Shown here piece after piece: positions 25,611 to 39,850 of a stretch of DNA of 64,000 nucleotides (positions are counted from its first letter, which is position 1; each line of letters starts with the position of its first letter). Where the stretch lies: contig NC_043012.1 of assembly GCF_006345805.1 (NCBI RefSeq), positions 28,272,001-28,336,000 on the forward strand, in the 5' to 3' direction. This DNA is from Octopus sinensis (Eukaryota). The translations under genes and the position numbers were made by a program. The notes under the pieces are model-generated. The model searched no databases and was not told the origin of the DNA. It worked only from the letters and a program-made list of their open reading frames with translations.

Positions 25611-25991
25611 TATCGAAAGAGTCAGCAGAAGTTCGCCATTACCTTCTGCCGGAGCCGCGTGGAGCTTAGGTGTTTCGTTTGGAATAAAACGTAAATTCTC
25701 CGCTTTACCTTCAAGCATTCAATTTTGGAGAGAATCCCTTGATGAAGTGTGTGTGTGTGTGCATGTGTGCGCATGCGTGCGTGTTTGTGTGTGTGTTTGT
25801 GTGTTTGGGAACATGTCCGTGTTTATACTGTGTAACTTCGATGTTTTGCATCGAAAAACAAAATCACGCCTCTTTCAATTTCATGTTTTTGCATTAGAGA
25901 ACATTAGTGTAACACTTACAAACTAGAAAATCACGCAAAGCTCTGAACATCTCAATGCCACACCTGAATATTTACAGAGATGAGCATTATA

Positions 25992-26647
25992 TCTATATAT
26001 ATAAAACTCAACTTGTCTGTCTGTGTTCGTATCTGTGTGTGTGTCTGTGTGTTTAACTTCCCGGCACATCTCCTCCTAGCCAACAAATCGTAGAACCACC
26101 AAAAATGAAAATTGAACTGCGCTATTTCTGCTCCGAAATTCATCTCGCAAGTGCAAAAATCGATAATGTGTTTGTTTAGGCCTTATCCCATGCATTGAAT
26201 AGTAAACTTTACTCAGTCAGCTGTTTGACGTGAACTGTGTTCACCACGCGTACAAGCATGCGTAAATTGCATGAAAAATAAAAAATCAAGATATAAAAAC
26301 GAATCGCCGTAAACATTGTAGAAATTCGGCAAAGAAATGAATTTTCGGGATTTAGCCTGGAGGGTTTTTTCGTATTAATCGTTTGGACTTTGTGAACACA
26401 TACAAATTGTTTTCATAACATATTTAACGCTTTTAATTAAATGTGACCATTTTGCGTTGAGTCTGCAGTTTGAATCACTTTAACCAAATTTTAGCAGGCC
26501 GGATTTTTGATCATCACGATACATCGCCAGCGACTCTCCCCTGAAATCCCCGTTGAGAAATCTATTATATATATAATAATACTTTGAATGTGACTCCTTA
26601 GAAAGAGTAAAAGCAATTATCCGATGAACGACGGGTATTACTGCTAG
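25992..26647 (+). mobile_element. Non-autonomous Helitron-like element
   Basis: A|TCTATATATATAAA 5' end, (CTGT/GT)n near the start, weak CCG..CGG hairpin, then CTAG|T 3' end. Confidence 0.7.
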
Positions 26648-27124
26648 TTTCCAATATTTGAGTTATATTTAGAATGCAAAATGTAACGTCTCGGCTTTTC
26701 TCTCAAGCATTCAATTTTGGAGAGAAGGTATTGCGGATCGTCCTGTGCACGTTTGTAAAAGGGAAAAATTTAGAATTTTCCCTCGCTGCATATTTTCAGA
26801 TGCTCACTTAATGGAACCTTGTGTAATTCCTCTTGTCGGATACGTTGCCTGGCAGAGGGAATTATTTGTTTTGCACTTTGGGCTGGTAATGCAGTTTATG
26901 AAGTTTTGCGTTTTGCAGTTCATATCTGCATTTATTTTAAAAAGGGATCCGCTTACGAATTTTATTTTCAATGCAAAACATCGAAGTTACACAGTATTTT
27001 TGAAAATGTCACTATCCTTAAACACATTCCAATACATTGGTAAATGTAAATAAATAAATGAATGGTAAAAAGGAAGGCAGATCCCCCTTCTCTCTCCCTC
27101 TTTCTCTACCTATCTATCTGTCTG

Positions 27125-27206
<82 letters not shown>

Positions 27207-27528
27207 AGCCTATCTGTCTACCTATATTTCAATCTATCTTAATTGTCATGGAACCTCACACCAAAAAACAAAAACAATGTTCCCTTTTTTTAAACAAAAC
27301 TTCCCAAAAACATGTTCTATATAAATGAACGAGCTGTTTATACATTCATAAAATTTTATTTGACAAATTCGGGAAACGAACGAAAGCGCTAATAATAAGG
27401 AAGAAATAAAAATCTTTTTTTTCCGAAATTCTGACTTTTTTCTCAATATTCAATTTCTGTACACCATACCTAACACTCTATACATACATACATACATTAT
27501 ACATACATACATACATATACATATATAG

Positions 27529-27560
<32 letters not shown>

Positions 27561-27569
27561 TATATATAT

Positions 27570-27600
<31 letters not shown>

Positions 27601-27619
27601 ATATATATATATATATAAA

Positions 27620-27990
27620 GGGTGTCCGGTTAATTCGTCGACGGCAGTTCATCGTCGTATACTTTGACCCGAGCCAATTCGTCGTTGGTCAATTCGTCGC
27701 TGTATTACATTTAAATTTTTTCTTGAAATTGTGTGCAATTGCTTTTAGATGAATAATTTTGGGTCTTGGATCATATTTTTCCATGCTATTTTTTATTCGC
27801 AGGTTCATATCTCTGTATTTTTTCTTTTGGCTTGGTTCCTCTCCTTGCATAAACTTCTGCAATTTGGTACTGGCAAACATTTCCCCACATTTAATCACAT
27901 TAATAAGTTTCCAAATATTTGGATGACTAATATTCACTGTGTTTTTCAGCGCACTGTGGAAGGCTTCTAACGTATTCTAACGAAATGAAG

Positions 27991-27995
<5 letters not shown>
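27620..27995 (-). mobile_element. MULE transposase C-terminal fragment with terminal AATTCGTCG repeats
   Basis: LEAFHSALKNTVNISHPNIWKLINVIK...KKKYRDMNLRI...LKAIAHNF. Confidence 0.7.
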
Positions 27996-28041
<46 letters not shown>

Positions 28042-28229
28042 ATAAGAGAAGAAATGGAGCAACATGTAACAATTAGAAGTTGATCATTACTATTGAATGA
28101 TCAACGTCCTTAAATTACCAGCCACTGTTAACCTTACAACAAGGCCTATACATAGTTAGGCAATACACCAGTAGTGCCTGCAGGTACAGTTACCCCTTTG
28201 ACGGTTGCATAACCTCTTACTCATAATTT

Positions 28230-28268
<39 letters not shown>

Positions 28269-28375
28269 CGAGAAAGAGGGGGAGAGAAAGGGAATGGGGA
28301 AAGGTATGTCTATAAAATAAGTATGTGTATGTATATTTGTATGTACGTATATATATATATATATATTATAGAAGG

Positions 28376-28426
28376 AGCTTCTACAGGACTAGAACAGTTT
28401 CATTCAAATGAAATCATCAGGAAGCT
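28376..28426 (-). ncRNA. Minimal type-I hammerhead ribozyme motif
   Basis: Minus strand: AGCUUC-CUGAUGA-UUUCAUUUGAAU-GAAA-CUGUUCUAGUCCU-GUA-GAAGCU. Perfect 6-bp stem I; weak stems II and III. Confidence 0.6.
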
Positions 28427-28614
28427 TGCTGTCAAAATAAGTTTTGGCATTTATACATTTAGGCAGGTTTAATGGGGTGGTGGTGGGGGACATTTTTTGG
28501 GTAAGCAGGGCACAAACTGTCTTTCTTAGGGGAGTGGTCAAAAGAATCAGTGATAAAGTAAATAAATGAATAAATAGAATAATTGAATAGAGTTTTAGGT
28601 AAATAAGAAGACTA

Positions 28615-29421
28615 TCGCTTATATATATATACATATATATACACACATACACATACATACACACACATACACATACATACACACACACACATATATATAC
28701 ATACACACATATATACAAATACACATACACATACATGCCAACACGCAAACACACGCACACATATATATATATGTATATATACATACTCATACACACACAT
28801 TATATACATATATACACACATATATATACACATATATATATATATATATACACATATATACACCCACACATTACATATACACATACATAACACACACACA
28901 CACACAAATATAATATATTTATATATATACACACAAAGCATGAGAGTACGGGACACTGTTATCTGCTGCAATTTTGCAACTTGTAATAAAGCCTGTCTTT
29001 GTATGAAACAATTGTACTAAAACTAATCCTTCTTGTTGCTTCTTTCTAGTATTATACACACATATATATATTTTTTTCTCTCCTATCTTCCTCCCTTATT
29101 TTATTTTTATTTTATTTGACCGTCTTCTAGAATCATAAAAGGTACAATATATGACCTACCTTTACCAGCCGACAATATTATGTGGCGCTAGATTAGACAA
29201 ACGCTAAAAGTTCTTAGAACTCCCCAGGGTTCCAGCAGCCTAAATGAAATCTATCTACCACTCCCTCTCCCTTCCTTTCTAGCTCTTGACCCACGGATAC
29301 AGACGACAACATCACACACACACACACTCAACGCACCACACTCGACACATACACAAACAGCATGTTCTCCAATCATTCCTTCTCATCCGTTATTACGGAT
29401 GTATATCTCTCTCTCTACAAG

Positions 29422-29455
<34 letters not shown>

Positions 29456-29976
29456 TATATATATATATATAATACCTAATATACACACACAGGTACACAT
29501 ATGCATACATAAATAAATGTACCCACTTTCACATAAACGTATACATAACTATGTACACACAAAAACACATAATAAACGTACTCAGTACACATAAACAACA
29601 TAAATGTCTCCCCGCATATATACAACGCATATGCCTATTTACAGACATAGTTTATATGCACATATAAACATACATACGCATATATACGCATCCATACGCT
29701 TATAAATACATACATGCACACATGCATGCACAACGTGTAATAAAAGCATACCTCAATTATACCTTACACATATATATACATGCATGCACAAACATACACA
29801 TACTTACACGTACATACATATACAAATCTACACACATACACATACATATATATATACGCATACAAAAATCTACAAGTCCGTATATATATATGTATATATA
29901 TACACATACACATACGTATGTACCTACATATACATACATATATATACTTACACCCCTCATATACATACCTACATAC

Positions 29977-30026
<50 letters not shown>

Positions 30027-30518
30027 ACATGCACATACAAATACACATACGCATATCTACGCACATACACGTACACACATATATATATACGTATATAAAA
30101 AATTCTACAAGTCCATACATATACACACATACATATACATATGCACATATATATATACATATACATATAGATACGTATACCCATATATATATATATATAT
30201 ATACATACATACACCCACACACAAGTATACAAGCATATATATATACATACATATACATATATACACAAATACACATATATACATATATATATATACACAA
30301 GTACACATACACATACATAAATATATACATATGTATATACACATGCATACACATACTCACACACGCGCATCTATATATACATAAATACATACAAGCATAC
30401 ATACATATTCATATACACATAGACATACATGCATACACAAATAATAAATATATATACATGCAAATACCTATACTACACATACACATACGCGTACATGTAC
30501 ATATCATTATATATATAA

Positions 30519-30553
<35 letters not shown>

Positions 30554-30875
30554 CTATACATAAAACACACATGCGTACATATATATACCTATACACCTAT
30601 ACATACATACAAACACATAGATACACGCACATAAGCACATACATATATATCTATAAATACACATATATATATATATATACATACACATACATATACACAC
30701 ATATATATATATATACACATACAAAAACATGTACACATATACTCATGCACACGTATACACGCCTTCACATACACATGTACATACACAGTTGCACACACAC
30801 TCACATACAAATACGTGTATGCACTCGTATACATATACGTACACATATACACATGCCCACATCCATATATATGTA
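28615..30875. repeat. Long degenerate (CA)/(TA) low-complexity tracts (28615-28935 and 29700-30875)
   Basis: Read directly; source of many spurious ORFs in the ORF track. Confidence 0.9.
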
Positions 30876-30929
30876 AATAGTCTTAGGAGAGAAGGTAATT
30901 GGTGATGCTGATGGAACGGTGGGGGTGGG

Positions 30930-32170
30930 GGGTTTTAGTGGGTGGGGTGTCGTCAATCGGGTTGCCGGGTGGGTCTGTAGTTTTTGTAGTTTGCATAAAT
31001 TTTGTGCATACAGTTTGGGGAGTGTTCCGAGATCTTGTTGAGGAGAGGGCCTTTGACGAACAAGATCTCGAGGCTCTCAGAAATGCAAAGGTCACAGCAG
31101 GTATGGCCTCCTGTGTAAGAACGCGCCCTCTGTAGTAGTTTCCACTTGATCTTGAAGGGTATGGAGTTCCTTTTAAGGTACCAGATATGGGCGGCGAGAG
31201 TAGTCTGGTTAGATTTGTCGGGTCGCCGGAACGAATGTGTGTGGGCGTACCAGCGAGTCTTAAAACTATTTGACGTCATTCCGATGTACGATTTTCTTTT
31301 TATCATCGGGCCTGATCGTACATCGCAATGTAGACGAGATCCTTCTGTAGGCAGTTGTTTTGAGGGGGCAAGTAGTCTTATCCGGGCAGTTGCATTGCTG
31401 TCGGATGTTGGGATGGGCTTCGGAAAAAGTAGATTTATTAAGTTTTTTTACGTTATTGTTGGCTAGGTTCCTGGCTAGATTGGGTGTGGTGGAGTAGGAG
31501 AGTCTAATGGTGTTCTTATTAAGGATTGTGTAGTACTTATGTTGGGTGGGGAAGTGTTTTTGTAGGAGAGTGAAGAAAATTTTAGCTACAGGTGTTTCAA
31601 CTTCACGGTTGAAGGAGGGGTTGTACCAGCTAATGTGTCTTCGCCTATTTTTCCTGGGTTGGCGTGGGGCTATGCTAATGTAGGTGATCTTATCTTTAAG
31701 CTACTGCGGGCCAGGGCCTCGTTGTAATAGGGGGCTGCGGCATTAAGATATCTTCGGTGGCAGAAAGGCTAGATATTCTATGGAGACTTTCATACTAATT
31801 GTCTAATATATTTTTGGGGTGGTTAGAATTAATGTCTATGTATCTAAGGGATTCATTTGGTGTAGGGTACGGGTAATAAAGGGAGGTTTTTAAGTCGAGG
31901 GTAACGTCAAGGAAGTTAGCTTTGGTTAGTTCGAATCTAAGGTAATCCTAAGGCCTAAGTTTTTAAAAAAAGTGTAAAGGTTTTTCCGGAACCCATCCGT
32001 GGTCCTGGGGTTTTATTTTGTGGAGGGCAAAAAGGCCATCATCGCGGTAGAGACCACCGGAGAGGCCTGTGAATAGGTCTTCAGCCTAGGAGGATGAAAG
32101 GCCCACAAGGCCACTTATTTCAAGCCGAGTCGCTAGCACCCATGCTGACGTCGAAGGGGTCACGGATTTT
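30930..32170 (-). mobile_element. Penelope-like element: RT plus GIY-YIG endonuclease, decayed
   Basis: FDVSMG..; GGLYRDDGL; NFLDVTLDL; ISWYNPSFN; SYIGMTSNSFKTRW..HSFR..TTLAAHIWYLK..CDLCISE. Confidence 0.9.
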
Positions 32171-32990
32171 TTTGATCCAGTGGATCCGTCATGGTAAGAA
32201 AGGTCTTACGTGCATGGAGGATTACATCTTATATATATATATATATTTATCTATATATTGGGTCATCCCATAAATAATGCGGTTTTTTCACTTGCATGAA
32301 CAAAAAGTCGGATGGGGACGGGATAAACTACCTTCATCAACTTGCTATAAAAGCAGGTAATAATTTTAGATGAACTGAGGTAAGAATGAAAGTAATAAAA
32401 GTCATTATTGTGAATTGTTAAAGAGATTTAAAAGCATACCGGACAATAGTGTAATTAATAAAATATTTGTATACATACAAACATATATGTACGTACCGAC
32501 ATCTACATATATATATACATGCATATATAAATATAAATACGTACAGGACACCACAAAAAGACGTAGAACTCAACAGAAACGAAAACGGAAAAGCCATTTT
32601 GTTACAGAAAGACAGAGACGTGGAACAGGACGAGAGCGAAAACGGGAAAAACATTATTTACAACAGAAAAACAAGGTACAGGACATGCTACACAAGGAAA
32701 AATCCCCTTCATCAGCTGATATATATATGTGTGTGTGTGTATCTACTTTGTGGTGCCGTATATATGTATATATATCATCATCATCATCATCATCATTTAA
32801 CGTCCGTTGTCCATGCTGGCAGGGTTGGACGGTTTGACAAAAGCTGTTAAGCTGAAGGACTACTACAGACTTGGCTGTTCTTCGGCTGGATGCAATTCCT
32901 CACGCCATCTATCTATCTATCTATCTATCTACTATCTATCTATCTATCTATACATATATATATGCCTATATATATATATATATATATATC

Positions 32991-33056
<66 letters not shown>

Positions 33057-33193
33057 ATATTCGGAATGGTCATATTGCCAGTTTAGCCAATAACGTACTA
33101 TATATATATATATATATATATATGTATTCATATTTATATGATATGTGGTGTGCGTGTGTGTATATATACTTATGTATTTATATGTAATATATA

Positions 33194-33329
<136 letters not shown>

Positions 33330-33335
33330 GATAGT

Positions 33336-33672
33336 GAAGGCGCATGGCTCAGTGGTTAGAGCGTCGAGCTTACGATCGTGAGGTTGTGGAGCTCGAATCC
33401 GGACCGGGCTGCGTGTTGTGTCCTTGAGCAAAGCACTTTATTTCACGTTGCTCCAGTTCTCAGCTGTAGAAATGAGTTGCGACGTCACTGGTGCCAAGCT
33501 GTATCGATTTGTCTTTCCCTTGGATAACACTGGTGGCGTGGAGAGGGGAGGCCGGTATGCATGGGCGACTGCTGGTCTTCCATAAACAACCTTGCCCGGA
33601 CTTGTGTCTAGGAGGGTAACTTTCTAGGTGCAATCCCATGGTCATTCATGACCGAAGGGGGTCTTTACCCTT
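33336..33672 (+). mobile_element. tRNA-derived SINE, family 3
   Basis: A box TGGCTCAGTGG, B box GAGCTCGAATCC, core-like TGTGTCCTTGAGCAAAGCACTT; flanked by (TA)n. Confidence 0.8.
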
Positions 33673-35258
33673 TATATATATATATATTATATATATATAC
33701 ATACCTGCGTGGGTGTATGTATATACATACATGCATACATACATATACAAACATACATTATATGGTGATATTTTCAACCGAGATGTTACAATCCTATCTG
33801 ATTTTTCAAGTGCTTCAGTTCTGTGTATGGACATCTATTTACAAGACTGCTGACATTTATGAAAGGTTTTCTCCAGTGTGTTTTTGTGCCATTTTCTGTC
33901 ATTAATAAAATTGTTAGCATTTTTACCGACACGTGTATGCTAGTAAATATATATTATAGGTGTGGGTGAAAAATACAAGCAAAATAATGTAGATTATGTC
34001 AAGAATAAAAAATTGCAAGAATTAAAACATAAGTAATTCGGATCTTTTCTATTCTGAAGCCAGTTTTTTCAAATTTTTCCTACTGAACCAAACAATTTGA
34101 AACTTCGTATACTGGTAGAATGTGTCAAAAGTAAACTTAATTGTAAACCAGAATGAAAACGGAATTGTAACTTCTAAGTTTAACGTTGTTTAATAATTAG
34201 AATTTTAACCAATGATATTCCGTCATTCGGCTTTATTTTATTTACTCCGTCTCGACCACCAATTTCGTGACGTATTAAACAATGTAAACAAGCTATAGTC
34301 AGCCACCTTCTAATAACAAAGTTTGTCTTTGAAGTTACCGTCTAGGGGAAGCATTGATGTACAGTGTGTGTGTGTGTGTTTGATGGGGTGTGGGAGACAG
34401 TATGTTGTGTAAGTGAAGTGCTTCTGTTAGTGTGTGTGAAGAGACAGAGAGAGTAATGTGTGAAAGAGAGAGATAACTGAAATTTTTTACTCGGTTTATG
34501 TGTATATGCCTGAATGTATGTGTGTATGTATCTGTGTATGTGTATGTATGTATGTATGTATGGCCGATTCAATGTAATCTTTTACACATACTTACACACA
34601 CACACACACACATACATACACACACACATGCAGACATACATATACACATACACCGAGTAAAAAATTATATATATATATATATTAGTTTATAAAAATATGG
34701 TAAAGTAAAAAAATTACTTAACCACACACCGAGCTTTTTAGAAATAGCAGCCAAAAATTTCTCAACTGCAAGAAAAAGTCTCCCAGACAATGCATACTCA
34801 GAAATAATTCACATACGTATAAGAGAAAAACAACGAAAAATCACATGGATTCTCCGATATGTGTATAAAAATATGGATTCTCCGATATAATTTATAAAAA
34901 ATATGGTAAAGTAAAAAAATTACTTTACCACACACAAAGCTTTTTAGAAATAGCAGACGTCACAAAACTGCTTTCAACGTCACACTAACAGATCGCAGTA
35001 ACGTTTTAGATATGAAAACAAGCAATCTCATTGGTTAAAATTCGCAGTTTTAATCTACGATTAAAGTCATAAAATAGATTTTTCTCAAATAAACTAGTTC
35101 CAACTGGCGAATAAACTAGTTCCACTCTATGAGTACACAAAGTTTCAAATTATTTAGTTAACTAGAAAGATCTGGGGTCCTGGCCACAAATTTGAAAAGA
35201 TCCAGTAATTCTAAAATTAAAATTGACGTTGAAATAACGGAGAGAAAAAAGGATGGAG

Positions 35259-35315
<57 letters not shown>

Positions 35316-35606
35316 GAGCAAGGAATGGTGAACGAAGAGATGACGTAGAACGCTACATTTATGTGTATGTATTGAATCTTGCTTATGGCGAAACGCTGGG
35401 GAATGTGATAATGTTGATAGCTTGATAGAAAGAGAGATAATACAAAGTATACTGAGGGGGAGTAACATTTAGAAAGACTATTAGAAAACAATTAGTAATG
35501 AATGAAAGCTCGAACTCACAAACACAGCAAAAGGTATAAGCAAAAATACGTATATATATAACATAAAAATTTGAAAAACTTCATATATTATATCTATATA
35601 TATATA

Positions 35607-35653
<47 letters not shown>

Positions 35654-35675
35654 TGTGTGTGTGTATATAATACAC

Positions 35676-35706
<31 letters not shown>

Positions 35707-35724
35707 GCACACACACACATAATA

Positions 35725-36984
35725 CAGAGTGTAACAGGTAAATTGGGACCATTTAAATATCTTTAATATAACTGGTATAACTCAGAAAAATCAAACACTA
35801 CTAGTTTTATTATTTTCTGCCAGTTTATTGTGGAGTGTTTAGCACTTATTTCAGTTCAATGTTACCATCATTTGCATTCTTTACCAGTTCATTCCGTGTA
35901 CGAAATGATGCGCGGCGTGCCTTAACTATTTCTTCTTTTTCATTTTACTGAATGCTCCCTTGATCGAAGCCTTCAGTACTGACACACATTTGTGAGAAGT
36001 TATGTTGGATATTGCTTCAGCTGCGCTCCATAGCCAAAACTCACACGGATTCGAATCTGGCCAGATATCTTTAGGGACAAACACGGGCAATTCCTTCTTC
36101 AAAAATTCTTGCACTCTTTTCGAAAAATGGTCTGTTGCAGAGTCTTGTACAAACATGATTCCACTTGCCTCATAATGCTTCCTAATCCAAGGCAACAAAA
36201 CTTCTAAGATTTTCAGATATTCTGCTGTGTTGATTTTAAGAACCGCTTCAATAAAATGAAGACGCATCAATTTCCCATCATTTGCAACTGCTCCAAAGAC
36301 CATAACGGAAGCGGGATTCTTGCTATGCATAGCTGAAGGAACTTGGGAAGGGTCTACGCTATCACTCGTGAGTTTTGACGGTTTGCAACTTCGTCTATCA
36401 TGAACTTGTTTTCATTCACGAAGATGCGGACGTCTCTGCCACAATATTTCAGATGGCTAAGAAGTTTGGGACATCTTTCAGCTTTAAGTTTTAGAGTGGG
36501 TAGTTAGGATGTTACGGTGCCTCCTCACGTACGATTTCATATGGAGGTCTTGCCTTGCACCCTAGAAACTGTCATTTTACTGATTCCTCGATCTTGAGCC
36601 AACTTCACCATCAATTTTGATAGGTTCGACTCAATCGATCTTTCAAGTCCTTTTAAGACGCGAGGTGTACGTTTTCGGTCACTATGAGGACTGTGAGGCT
36701 TTCTCTGAACATCCTTACTTTTATTCAAATTGGCTACAACTCTAAAAGTAGTAGATCTGGCATATTTTGTGGATGTAACAATCTCCCCAGCACTTTTGTC
36801 TGCACAGAATAATTCGGCAATTACACTTCTACAGTTTAATTCTTTATTAACATTCATAGTTTGTTCAATCTGAAATACAAAATAGTACAGGTGATTATTC
36901 AAGCTGGTAATATTTAAAATTTAGACTCCATCAATTAGAAATATACCCATTTGAAATTTGTCCCTACTTACCTCATACACCCTG
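35725..36984 (-). mobile_element. Tc1/mariner transposon (maT/DD37D-like), near full length, inactivated
   Basis: TA-flanked imperfect TIRs CAG(A/G)GTGTA..AGGTAA.T.GGGAC. HTH region plus SKNPASVMVFG..FVQDSA..WP-DSNPCEFWLW. First catalytic D reads N; a short deletion lies before the third acidic residue. Confidence 0.85.
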
Positions 36985-37239
36985 TATATATATGTGTACA
37001 TGGTAGAGTAGATTATAAATTGAAACACTCATCACCCACCTATGAAAGGTATATTTTTTATCCTGCAAACAGCAAGAAAGGGGTAAATGGACAAACATCA
37101 ACATGGTCTAGTTGTTTCAGTTTCAATTGTAACAGTTATATCTATTTGTATACATACAAGCATAGACTCGTTATAGTGAACAAAGGCTTAACCTCGAGGG
37201 TGAGTAAAAAATTATAGGCGCTCTTGTTTCTGTAATTCA

Positions 37240-37880
37240 TTAAAACAGAAGCAGGAGTTAAACAAATGCATTATTTTCGACATAGTCACCTTGCTTTTCG
37301 ATGCATTTCTTCCAGTGGTCCACAAGCTTGCTTATACCATTGCAAAAGAAGGTATGTAGCTGATCGCACAGCCATTTATGTACCATTTCCTACGCTCTTC
37401 GTCCGTAACAAAGCTATGACTTCGTAAAGGATGTTTGAGTGGTCCAAAGAAGTGATCCGGACGGACTGTATACTCCGGACTGTTCCAGTAACTCGAAACC
37501 AAATCTTTCAATGGTTTCAACTGTGTGGGCGGCTGTATGTGGCCGTGCATTATCATGCAACTATAACACTTGCTTTGACAATAGACTCTGGCGTTTGGGG
37601 TAAATTGCTGATTTCAGTTTGTTGGCCAGCATTTCACTATAGCCTACACTAGTGACAGTAGACCCCTTTTCCAGGTAATGTTCTAGTATAGACCCTTTTG
37701 CGTCTCCACCGATCTACTAATACACACTTCTATGCGGCAGAGAACTGTCTCCATATTATACTGAAAGCCTGCGATGAATTTTAGTCCCAGACGCACCTTC
37801 AGATCAGAGAAATCGGATCTCTGATCTCCGTTCTTCCATGGTGCACACTGCCGGCGGAACAACATTATTTACTCTGTGAC
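37240..37880 (-). mobile_element. mariner (DD34D-type) remnant, internally deleted
   Basis: LHDNARPHTA..GISKLVDHWKKCIEKQGDYVE, plus an N-terminal QRS..FL-like segment. Confidence 0.8.
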
Positions 37881-38750
37881 ACACACAAAAAATAGTGGTT
37901 ATTATGCAACTCAAACAGTGATAGACGTAAACCAAAACATAAATAACAAATAATATATATTTTTATAAAACATATAACTAGATCTCAAAAGGTATAAAAA
38001 TGAATGATCGATATATGATAAGTAAAAAAAACTACGTACGTTTCATGGCTACAATTAAATTCGAATTACAATTAAGTTTAAATTCAATTGAAATAAATTC
38101 GATTTAAAATTATAGTCAATCTTCAGGTTAATGATAATAGTTAAATAAATAAGCAAATAGAGTTAAACAATATTTATTTAAAAAATAAATAAAATAATAA
38201 TTTTTCTTATAGAAAAAACTCCATTAACTAAATTTGTAACTTAAAACATTAAGATTATTTCCTACAACACATTTATTATGTTAAAGACTTAATTTTTAAA
38301 ATAAAAAAATTGATATAGATATGTATTTATCTGGGAAGATATAATTTGGCTAAAAAAAAAAATAAACTATCGAATATCTTTAACTCCAATATTTAATTAC
38401 CAAATTATTTAACAAATTAATCTCTATTAATATTTTTAGAATTAAGTTCACATCTAATAATTATAAAATAATAAATACATAAAAATAAGTATCTAAATTA
38501 TATCAACAAATATAGTAGTTAAAAATCCAAAATTTTCTCTATCAATAAATATATAAACATATAACAAAAAATAAATTAGTCCATTATTACATACATAAAT
38601 ATTATAAATATCTATAGAATGTATTTATGAAATACAATTTAAAAATTGAAAAATAAAATTAAAAACGTATAACCTATCTTTAAAAAAATCTTTGAACTCA
38701 GAACGTAACGACACACGAAATACCCAAAGAATCTCGTCTGGCGTGCTAAC

Positions 38751-38806
<56 letters not shown>

Positions 38807-39099
38807 CAGGCACTATTACACATAGATGCCTCACGTTAGGAGGGACTCTTAAAGTCAAAACTACTAAAATAAACACTTTGTACCGAAACAATTCTCGAAG
38901 CAAGTCATTTAAAAACAGAATTTAGCCACATATCACACTGTGATTTCGTAATCACCGCAATAATATGCGCTCTTTACTCTTCAGTGTGTGCATAATTCAA
39001 GATATATAATGAATGAACAAAGACAACATACCAAGCGAACAGCTATCGTATCCAGCGCAGCATGTAGGAATGTTTATCCCTTATACATCTATGTAACGA

Positions 39100-39850
39100 G
39101 ACACAGAAATACAACACAAATTTAACGTAAACAACTGTCAAGAATTAGTGTTGCACTGGGATAGAAAGCTGCTCCCAGTACTCACAGGCGTTGAAAAGGT
39201 TGATAGATTGGCAATAATAGTAACTTTTAAAGGCAAGTAGCAATTGTTGGGAGTCCCTGAAATTCCAACATCTTCAGGAGAACAGCAAGCCATGGCTGTT
39301 TACCAAGCAGTGGAGAAGTGGGGTATAACCGACAAAATTCAGGCACTTTGCTGTGATACAACAACAAGCAACATAGGTTGAGTGAATCGTACCAGGACAA
39401 ATCTAGAAAAGTTGTTCAATCGCGACCTGTTGTACTTCCCTTGCCGTCATCACATTTCTTAGTTTTTAGGAGCTTTTTTGACTCACTGATGGGTGCAACA
39501 CCTGGCCCAGACATGGCATTTTTCTAAAGATTTAAAGAAACCTGGACGAAACTCAACAAGAAGGTTTACATAACTGATAGCAACGAAGTGTCTGATGATG
39601 TCCGCTCTACTATTCTTGGATTTCTTGAATACCAGCTTTCTATGCAGAAACAACAGCGAAATGATTACCGAGAATTGTTGGAGTTAACGATGATCTTTCT
39701 TGGTGGCATTCCGATGAACGGGATATCGTTTCGTACACTAGGAACTGTAAGTCATGCCAGGTGGATGTCAGAAGCAATTTACGCATTCGAGATATACCCG
39801 TTTCAAGATCAATTTCAGTTATTTCCTAGGGAAATTCTTTATTTTTTCGC
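39100..39850 (+). mobile_element. hAT-superfamily (hATm-like) transposase remnant
   Basis: LVLHWDRKLL..VDRLA..QLLGVP..CCDTTTSN..PCRHH..GPD..DYRELLEL..HARWMSEAIY, with stops. Confidence 0.7.

Noticed and set aside
32700-32718. CTGATGA box on the minus strand
   Set aside because: No correctly placed GAAA box or cleavage triplet; truncated by a microsatellite.
33336-33415. tRNA gene
   Set aside because: A and B boxes are present, but the sequence continues into a SINE body and I cannot fold a complete cloverleaf. The same holds for the other SINE heads.
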